Assembly (NCBI GenBank): GCA_963696295.1
Contig: CAVOJR010000001.1
Span: forward strand, 480,001-544,000
Direction: 5' to 3'
Origin: an uncultured Chlamydiae bacterium
GTDB lineage: Bacteria; Chlamydiota; Chlamydiia; Chlamydiales; JAJFMB01
DNA: 64,000 nt
Both the position numbers and the translations under genes were made by a program. Of this stretch, positions 57,214 to 64,000 are shown piece by piece. The notes beneath the pieces are model-generated. The model did no database searches and was not told the origin of the DNA. It saw only the letters and a list, made by a program, of their open reading frames with translations. Position 1 is the stretch's first letter. Every line of letters starts with the position of its first letter.

Positions 57214-58083
57214 ATGACAATGAATAAACTGCGCCTTTGGAATCAGCATCAGACCTGGGAAGCAGCCAAAACGGAATGGGAAAAGGGAGCCAGGGAAGCC
57301 TGTGTTAAATCCCCTCTAAAGACGCTAAAAAAGCTCCCTTCCATGCCAGGTATGACAGAAGAGACGCAAAAAAATCTCAGGTGGAAAAGTTTAAAATGGA
57401 TGTTTCTCAAAGAGCCTAACATGCGCGCCGAAATTCTCAAACACCCCTTTAAATACCTCTTCTCATTTTTGAATTCATTAGGCAAAAAATTGTATAAAAG
57501 GGATGACGATTTTTTCCTTTTTGGCGTTAAGAACGTAGGCCATTTTCAACATTTGCTGCACCATGAAGACACTCTGCTGATCGTCGGTTTTTCCTTTTGC
57601 CACAAACCGTTTGAATGCCCTTCGGGCCGCTTTACCGATCAATGCATCCACGATCCCGAAAACTCCGTCTGCCGCCAATGTTTTATCGGCAAGTGCTCCA
57701 ATGCCCTCCCCACAAAAAGAACATTGCCCTTTTACATCCCCTCATTGAATTATATCAGTGAAAAAATTTTAGATTTGAAGGCCAAAAACCCCGACAAAGA
57801 AATCCTTTTTTTGATCACAGGGTGTGAGCTTACCCTTGAGATATTTGGGGAATTTGTGAACATGACATCGGTTAAGGGGATAGGAGTGCGCCTTGATGGA
57901 AGGATCTGCAACACCATGGAAGCCTTTGAGCTTTCTGAAAACGGAGTGAAACCGGGGCTCACGCTAGTCATGAATCACACCGAAGACCGCCTCCTGGAGC
58001 TTATCCGCTACCGCAGGGAGATTGAAGGTAGTGATGCTTCCTCCGGAAAGGCTTGTGAGGCGTCTGGTGATGGTAGGGCCTGA
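57214..58083 (+). CDS. Cys-motif hypothetical protein, DUF116-like
   Basis: CHKPFEC..C..CRQC.I, GCELTL, ICNT spacing. Confidence 0.55.
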   Translation: MTMNKLRLWNQHQTWEAAKTEWEKGAREACVKSPLKTLKKLPSMPGMTEETQKNLRWKSLKWMFLKEPNMRAEILKHPFKYLFSFLNSLGKKLYKRDDDFFLFGVKNVGHFQHLLHHEDTLLIVGFSFCHKPFECPSGRFTDQCIHDPENSVCRQCFIGKCSNALPTKRTLPFYIPSLNYISEKILDLKAKNPDKEILFLITGCELTLEIFGEFVNMTSVKGIGVRLDGRICNTMEAFELSENGVKPGLTLVMNHTEDRLLELIRYRREIEGSDASSGKACEASGDGRA

Positions 58084-58945
58084 CATGAGGGGCTTCCTTG
58101 CAGGAGGGCTGGCAGCAGCCGGCTAGCTCCTTTAAACACTCTCTGCAGGAGATGAAGAGCTCATTGCAGTCCATATTCGCGCAGTTGTAATAATCATCGC
58201 TCGTTTCCCCGCAACGGCGGCAAGTGCTGATCACTTCGGCCTTTTCCCCGGAAATGGGGATAGCCAGCCGGTCATCGAAGACAAAAAGCTTCCCTTTCCA
58301 GTGCTTATTGCCCTCTTGCAGGCCATAGTTGATGACGCCCCCCTGAAGCTGGAAAACCTTTTTGACCCCTTTTTCCTTCAAAATAGCCGAGTAAACCTCG
58401 CAGCGGATGCCGCCCGTGCAAAACATCATGACCGGGGTTTCCTCTTTGTCTATCCTCTGCAGAAGTTCTTCGGTATAGCCGCGGAAATCGCGCGTGGTTT
58501 CACAAGGAGGGCATTCGGCGCCTTCGAAGTGGCCGATTTTCCATTCATAATTGTTGCGTATATCGAGCAGGACATGCCCATCGTTTGCTTCCAGCATCTC
58601 GCTCCACTTTTCCGGGCTGACATGCTCGCCCCCATTATTTACATCCACATCGGCATCAAAAGCGACCAGCTGTTTGCGGTACTTCACTGTCATTCTGGGA
58701 AAAACATGTTCATGGTGGTAATGGATTTTGAAGTGAATATCATAACCCCTGGAAGCCATCCATTCCCGGTAGGCTAAAGAATCGCTCTCTTCCGCGCTCA
58801 TCTGCCCATTGATCCCCTGTTCGGAGATATAGATGCGGGACATCACATCGCGCCCGGCAAAAAACTGCTTATGCTCAGCCACTTCTCGTTGAGGATCGGG
58901 GATATTTGTAAAGATATAATAAGCTAAAACTTCGTACTTCTTCAT
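58001..58945 (-). CDS. trhO: Rhodanese-domain tRNA U34 hydroxylase (TrhO/YceA)
   Basis: GINGQ, DIRNNYEWKIGHF, FCTGGIRCE, LFVFDDR, C-terminal Cys cluster. Confidence 0.92.
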   Translation of the reverse strand: MKKYEVLAYYIFTNIPDPQREVAEHKQFFAGRDVMSRIYISEQGINGQMSAEESDSLAYREWMASRGYDIHFKIHYHHEHVFPRMTVKYRKQLVAFDADVDVNNGGEHVSPEKWSEMLEANDGHVLLDIRNNYEWKIGHFEGAECPPCETTRDFRGYTEELLQRIDKEETPVMMFCTGGIRCEVYSAILKEKGVKKVFQLQGGVINYGLQEGNKHWKGKLFVFDDRLAIPISGEKAEVISTCRRCGETSDDYYNCANMDCNELFISCRECLKELAGCCQPSCKEAPHVRPYHHQTPHKPFRRKHHYLQSPCGSG

Positions 58946-59114
58946 GGTCGTATTTTCTGGTTAGACAGGATCTGCCATTATATGGAAATCCGGAGCGCTT
59001 TTCCACCATTTTTTTCGCCCCATCTTTAAGTTATTGTTAATATTAACTTTTTAATTGAAATGCTATTAATTATTTAACTAAAGATTGTATAATAAAATAA
59101 AAAAGGTGGTTACT

Positions 59115-59621
59115 ATGTCATCGGTACAAGGAAATCCTGACAGCCTGCATCATCATGATTATAATATTGGCATCAATGATGAAGGTGATTTAACTTTTAA
59201 AATTAAAAAAAATGATAACAGTGTAAATGAAAAAGTGTTTAAAGTTTCGATAAAAAAGTCTAACGGAGAAGTGGTTGATATTAATCTGAAAAATCCGGCT
59301 GATGAAAATGACCCCTTAACCCCGGAAGTCCTCAAATCAATGGCCAAAATCCTGACAGATGAAGTCGATCTTGAATACGACATAAAAGGTAATAAACATG
59401 TGGAAAAAGTGCGTCTGGACAATAACAGCTATGATATTACCTACAAAACGAAACTCGATGAGATAACAGAACAATTTCCTAAACATCATGCTGCCGCCAT
59501 TCAAGGCACAAATATCGATAGAATTGTGCTCTTGAATTCGTCTGTTTCGGGCAGGATTTTCTTGATCGAGAAAGCGGAGCCCAGGCTGGAAACACCACCC
59601 TCATCAAAGCACGAAGATTGA
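59115..59621 (+). CDS. AT-rich hypothetical protein
   Basis: MSSVQGNP start with AAGGTGG RBS. Confidence 0.7.
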   Translation: MSSVQGNPDSLHHHDYNIGINDEGDLTFKIKKNDNSVNEKVFKVSIKKSNGEVVDINLKNPADENDPLTPEVLKSMAKILTDEVDLEYDIKGNKHVEKVRLDNNSYDITYKTKLDEITEQFPKHHAAAIQGTNIDRIVLLNSSVSGRIFLIEKAEPRLETPPSSKHED

Positions 59622-59686
59622 GAATTTACAAAAATAAGGCGGTTGTGTCAAAATAGATCCTTTAACCGGTTGCAAGGAGAGCAAAA

Positions 59687-60007
59687 ATGGCGGAACATTT
59701 GAAATATTTAAACGATGAAAATTTTGAAAAAACGATATCGAACGGAGTTACGCTGGTTGACTTCTATGCCGACTGGTGCGGGCCCTGCCGCATGATTGCG
59801 CCCATCGTTGAAGAGCTGTCCAAGGAAATGGCCGGCAAAGCCACTATCGCTAAACTCGATATCGAGAACGCACAACAAACGGCTCAAAAATTTCAAGTGA
59901 CCTCCATTCCTACCATCATTCTTTTCAAAAACGGCAAGGAAATGGAGCGGATTATCGGTGTGCGCGACAAATCATCCCTTAAGAAAATGATCGATTCCCA
60001 TCTCTAG
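59687..60007 (+). CDS. trxA: Thioredoxin
   Basis: WCGPC. Confidence 0.97.
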   Translation: MAEHLKYLNDENFEKTISNGVTLVDFYADWCGPCRMIAPIVEELSKEMAGKATIAKLDIENAQQTAQKFQVTSIPTIILFKNGKEMERIIGVRDKSSLKKMIDSHL

Positions 60008-60015
60008 ATTATTGC

Positions 60016-60031
60016 GCCCGGGAAGCCGGGC
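60016..60031. terminator. GC hairpin between convergent genes
   Basis: GCCCGG-gaag-CCGGGC. Confidence 0.4.
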
Positions 60032-60032
60032 C

Positions 60033-61088
60033 TTATTCCTTAAAAGTTAGACCACTCACAAAGATAAACCCTTTTGATTTACTGAGGGTCAAGTTTTTGG
60101 AATCGCATTCTATTGTTTTTAAGTCGACAAATTGATTGATCATCACTGGACCTGTGCCATGATCGGTCACTTTGCCTGCAATGGTGCTGATGCACCGTGT
60201 TACTCCTTTGATGCCGTGATCCATTTTGACCGATCCGATGAGCGTGACAAATCGCCCGTCGATTATGGCTTTGAAGTTTTCGGGTTGCATTCTAAAAGCT
60301 TCAAGACAAACAGTAAATTCTTTTTCAACTTTTAAGACAACTGTGCTGAATGGGCAGGCTTTTTCGACAAACTGGTTGAAGGAGTGAACATCTTCCTTGG
60401 TAACTGGCTTCACCTCATTCGGAAAGGTTTTAACGACCGCATTTGGCCCCAATTTTCTCCAGCTAGCGCCGACTTTTAGGATCAGGTCATTCTCTCCGGC
60501 ATCGACATCATACAGGTAATAGGAGCCAACCCCCTCCTCAATGCCAATCCCCAAAGTAACGGGAATAGTATTAAAGAATTTTTCGAAATCCAACTTCCCT
60601 TCTGCGCGCCGGTTATCATGCTGCTTCAGCGTCAATTCGACGGGCCTATTATCGTAGAGAAAGCTGATTCTGTCATTCTCTTTGGCGCCATAAAACAAAT
60701 AAGAGGGTAATTTTTCGGGAAGGAGGCTTAAAGAGGGAGCAGCCCCTTGCAAAAAAAAGAAAATCTTTTTTAACACAAATTCGATGATAGCGATGACTCT
60801 AGGGCAAGAGGCTTCAATTTGCGTCATGCGGGGAGTAACATAGAAATCGCTTTGGCCCCTTGAAATGGCTTTGCCGTCGGGCGATTGGATATGTTTGTGG
60901 AATTCAAATTTAGCGTCTCTGCCAAGCATCCCCAATCCCATATTCGTCTCGATATTCATCTCGCATAGAAGGGGCGCGCGGCCAGGAAGGAAGACCCGCA
61001 CTAACATGCCTTTTAGATGCCCGAAACAACTCAATTCTTCTTTCTGAATGCCTACGTAGGGAGGATACTTAACAGGATCTAACGCCAT
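60033..61088 (-). CDS. Hypothetical protein, possible C-terminal alpha-crystallin-like domain
   Basis: 351-aa ORF with AAGGTGG RBS. Confidence 0.7.
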   Translation of the reverse strand: MALDPVKYPPYVGIQKEELSCFGHLKGMLVRVFLPGRAPLLCEMNIETNMGLGMLGRDAKFEFHKHIQSPDGKAISRGQSDFYVTPRMTQIEASCPRVIAIIEFVLKKIFFFLQGAAPSLSLLPEKLPSYLFYGAKENDRISFLYDNRPVELTLKQHDNRRAEGKLDFEKFFNTIPVTLGIGIEEGVGSYYLYDVDAGENDLILKVGASWRKLGPNAVVKTFPNEVKPVTKEDVHSFNQFVEKACPFSTVVLKVEKEFTVCLEAFRMQPENFKAIIDGRFVTLIGSVKMDHGIKGVTRCISTIAGKVTDHGTGPVMINQFVDLKTIECDSKNLTLSKSKGFIFVSGLTFKE

Positions 61089-61133
61089 AAACCACCTTAA
61101 TTGAATTCCACAACATTATAGCATCATAAAGAA

Positions 61134-61589
61134 TTAAAGTACAGATTTTTGCGATGTTTGACGCAAGGCTTCATACACCCCGATGCCCACGCTGGTAGCC
61201 AAATTCAAACAACGGCTGCCCGCTACCATCGGCAATTTCACAAACCTGTCAGGCCATCTGGCAAAGTACTCCTCAGGCAACCCTGTAGTCTCTGAACCAA
61301 AAATGAGCGCCGCTTCGGGGCTGTAGGAGACTTCTGTATAAATTTTCTTCGCTTTACTGGAGAAAAAATAAAAGGGATGGGGGTATTTTTCTAGATACTC
61401 TTCGAGATTTTCGATCACGTCCACCTGTACGCCCTCCCAATAATCAAGGCCCGCCCGCTTCAGCCAGCGGTCCGAGATTTTAAACCCCAAAGGACCGACC
61501 AAAATCAAGCCGCAACCGGTGACAGCACATGTTCGAACCACATTACCTGTGTTCTGGGGAATCTGAGGCTGGTAGAGAATAACTTTCAT
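61134..61589 (-). CDS. trmL: tRNA (cytidine/uridine-34 2'-O)-methyltransferase
   Basis: PQIPQNTGN..RTCA, KRAGLDYW, FGSET.GL, RCLNLA. Confidence 0.96.
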   Translation of the reverse strand: MKVILYQPQIPQNTGNVVRTCAVTGCGLILVGPLGFKISDRWLKRAGLDYWEGVQVDVIENLEEYLEKYPHPFYFFSSKAKKIYTEVSYSPEAALIFGSETTGLPEEYFARWPDRFVKLPMVAGSRCLNLATSVGIGVYEALRQTSQKSVL

Positions 61590-61645
61590 AGAAAAGGAAT
61601 TAGTCCGTTTTCTGGAATCTGAGGCAGGTAGAGAATAACTTTCAT
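61558..61645 (-). repeat. Direct duplication of the trmL 5' end
   Basis: 32-bp copies at 61558-61589 and 61614-61645, 31 of 32 identical. Confidence 0.9.
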
Positions 61646-61649
61646 TTAG

Positions 61650-61677
61650 AAAAAGAAGGGGCGTAGTTCCCCTTCTT
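61650..61677 (-). terminator. Rho-independent terminator of mip
   Basis: AAGAAGGGG/CCCCTTCTT stem with U tract on the minus strand. Confidence 0.75.
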
Positions 61678-61688
61678 ATAAGAGATAT

Positions 61689-62483
61689 TTATTTGTCGGA
61701 ATCTTTATCTGTGGAATTGGCTTTTACCACTTCAACATCGAAAATTAACATCGCATTTGGTGGCAACGGGCTTTGCGTACCATATCCCAAATCAGGATGA
61801 ATAAATATTTTACGCTTTTCCCCTTCCTTCATCCCTACTAAGCCGCGGGTGAAACCGGGTATGGTTTGACCAAGCGGAATCGCCACAGGGCCGCCCATAT
61901 TTTCAGAGGTATCAAACACCGATCCATCCAAATAACGGCCGGTATAATTGATCATCGGTTTGGAATCGGACTGTACAGCCGCTCCTTTTCCTTCCTGGAC
62001 AATGATATACTGGAGTTTGCCTGGCTCAATCTCAAATACGCCCTTAGCTTTAGCATTTTTAGTCAAAAAATCGTTTGCGGCTTGCAGGTTATCTTGAGCG
62101 AGCTGCTCAAACACCTGTTCCTGCAAAGCAGTCATCATCGCTTCATACTCTTGATCAGTCAGCGGAGAAGGCTTGCCTGCGGCACCATCGCGCATACCCT
62201 TGACAATACGGTCCAAATCAAAGTTCACACCGGGTGTTTTGAGGTTTCGTCCGATAAAATTTCCAAATGCTTCAGACAGCTTTCCCATGTCGATAGTCGA
62301 TTTTTGGGGAGCCGCTTGAGCCTGCTGGTTTGCGTTAGCAGGTTTTTGCGGGGCAGCTTGTGTCTGCTGGTTTGTGTTTGCTTTTTGCTGGTTTGTATTT
62401 GGTTGTGCGGTTGTGGTAGCGGAATAAACGCTAGTCACTGTAAATAACGTTGCAATCGCAGTCATGCGCAGTTTTGTTAGCAT
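61689..62483 (-). CDS. mip: FKBP-type peptidyl-prolyl isomerase (Mip)
   Basis: LQY....EG.G, YTG..LDG.VFD, IPG...G, GYG, LIFDVE; lies after aspS as in Chlamydia. Confidence 0.9.
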   Translation of the reverse strand: MLTKLRMTAIATLFTVTSVYSATTTAQPNTNQQKANTNQQTQAAPQKPANANQQAQAAPQKSTIDMGKLSEAFGNFIGRNLKTPGVNFDLDRIVKGMRDGAAGKPSPLTDQEYEAMMTALQEQVFEQLAQDNLQAANDFLTKNAKAKGVFEIEPGKLQYIIVQEGKGAAVQSDSKPMINYTGRYLDGSVFDTSENMGGPVAIPLGQTIPGFTRGLVGMKEGEKRKIFIHPDLGYGTQSPLPPNAMLIFDVEVVKANSTDKDSDK

Positions 62484-62539
62484 ATTTTCTCCTTCTGGAT
62501 TTGATAAATGTCCACATTAGGGGATTTGAAAAATCTTGT

Positions 62540-64000
62540 CTAGGAAAATTTCAAATCTTTAACAGCAAGACTCAAATCGTTGAGCTGCTGATCGGCGACC
62601 GTAGATGGGCTGCCCATCATCAAATCGCTGGCTTTTTGCGTTTTTGGAAAAGCAATAACGTCCCGGATGCTTTCGGTATTTGTCAATATCATGACAAGCC
62701 GGTCAAACCCAAAAGCCATCCCTAAATGGGGCGGAGTCCCATATTTCAGGGCTTCAATAAAGAACCCGAACTTATCCTCTATCTCTTTCTCTGTCAGCTC
62801 AAGCAATCGGAAAATCTTTTGCTGGAGTTCAAAATCGTGGATACGCTGTGACCCGCCGGCAATCTCATAGCCGTTTAAGACGAGATCGTATCCGGAGGAC
62901 CTGGCCTTCAATGGCTCTTTATCCAGCAGCGGAATATCTTCAGCATGGGGAGAGGTGAAAGGATGATGCTCGCTGAGCAGGCGGCGCTCCTCATGGCTGT
63001 AGCTGAAGAGAGGGAAATCAACCACCCACAAAAACTCATACTGGTTAGGTTTAATCAATCCTCTGTCGCGCGACAGTTTGCGGCGCAAATGGTCCAGCGC
63101 CTGGTTGGCCCGGCTCTTTTCATCGGCTATCATAAAAATCAGGTCGCCCTTTTCCATTTCAAAACGCTCGATGAGCGCCTTTTGCTGCTCCTCTGAAAAG
63201 AATTTGACGATATTCGAGGTCAAACCCTCTTCCGAAAGCTTCATCCAGGCCAATCCTTTAATGCCGAAAGCGGAAACAAATTCTGTGTAGCCGTCGATAT
63301 CTTTGCGCGAAATGTCCGATCCCCCCTTGACGCAAAGCCCCTTGACCACCCCGCCGGAAGAGACCTGCTCTTTAAAAACGGTAAAGGTGGAATGTTCCGC
63401 GATATCTGTAATCGTCTTCAGCTCCATGCCGAAACGGGTATCGGGGCGGTCGCATCCAAAGCGATCCATCGCGGAGGCATGGGACAAACGGCGAAACGGC
63501 GTAGTCAGTTCTACGCCCAAACACTCGGAAAACACCGCTTTAGTGAGACCTTCCATCATAGGAAGCAGTTCCTCAGGGGTGCCAAAACTCATCTCAATAT
63601 CGATCTGCGTAAACTCAGGCTGCCTGTCGGCTCGCAAGTCTTCATCCCGAAAGCACTGGGCAATCTGATAGTAGCGGTCCATGCCGGCTACCATGAGCAG
63701 CTGTTTAAAAAGCTGCGGGGATTGGGGCAAAGCGTAGAACTCGCCGGGATAAATGCGCGAGGGGACAAGGTAGTCGCGCGCGCCTTCAGGGGTGGATTTG
63801 CCCAAAATCGGCGTATTGATCTCAATAAAACCCTGTTTCTCCAAATAACGGCGGGAACTGATCATCGCCTGATTGCGCATGAGCAGTTTCTTCTGCAGAT
63901 CGCCGCGGCGGATATCGAGATAGCGGAAGCGCAAGCGGAGTTCCTCATTCACATCAATGGTTTCATCGCAGATAGAAAACGGGGGCGTTTTGGCCCGGGA
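62540..64000 (-). CDS. aspS: Aspartyl-tRNA synthetase, 3' part (start outside window)
   Basis: TPEGARDY, LPQSPQLFKQ, CFRDEDLRADRQPEF, GGSQRIH, GFDRL. Confidence 0.97.
   Translation of the reverse strand, partial: SRAKTPPFSICDETIDVNEELRLRFRYLDIRRGDLQKKLLMRNQAMISSRRYLEKQGFIEINTPILGKSTPEGARDYLVPSRIYPGEFYALPQSPQLFKQLLMVAGMDRYYQIAQCFRDEDLRADRQPEFTQIDIEMSFGTPEELLPMMEGLTKAVFSECLGVELTTPFRRLSHASAMDRFGCDRPDTRFGMELKTITDIAEHSTFTVFKEQVSSGGVVKGLCVKGGSDISRKDIDGYTEFVSAFGIKGLAWMKLSEEGLTSNIVKFFSEEQQKALIERFEMEKGDLIFMIADEKSRANQALDHLRRKLSRDRGLIKPNQYEFLWVVDFPLFSYSHEERRLLSEHHPFTSPHAEDIPLLDKEPLKARSSGYDLVLNGYEIAGGSQRIHDFELQQKIFRLLELTEKEIEDKFGFFIEALKYGTPPHLGMAFGFDRLVMILTNTESIRDVIAFPKTQKASDLMMGSPSTVADQQLNDLSLAVKDLKFS

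Overview
Core-genome segment of an environmental Chlamydiae (Parachlamydiales-like) bacterium. This is inferred from gene content and order: pheT (partial), tandem ndk, lptB/lptA-like/lptC-like/kdsA, tRNA-Arg, khpA-dtd-rluD-recX-parC-parE, hemA-murG-murC-ftsQ, lnt...lpxC-fabZ-lpxA-fmt, rsmB, surA-like-rsmA, dac, lptE-bamD-dnaE, uhpC, SNF2 helicase, trhO, trxA, trmL, mip and aspS (partial). Several accessory pieces sit in this backbone. (1) A pseB - TolC - MFP - ABC ATPase - MacB-type permease run ending in a Cys-rich, probably lipidated protein built from CCQP(S) pentapeptide repeats. (2) A divergent oleA / oleD - SRPBCC islet with no oleB or oleC in the window. (3) Two families of palindromic MITEs, one nested inside the other. 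(4) Three cases of gene termini copied in tandem with micro-deletions. (5) A small ORF with a double-glycine bacteriocin-type leader. (6) An MNT-HEPN pair whose toxin has Pro at the expected catalytic Arg. (7) Several AT-rich orphan ORFs that may be secreted effectors. All calls are by eye from motifs; no database searches were run.
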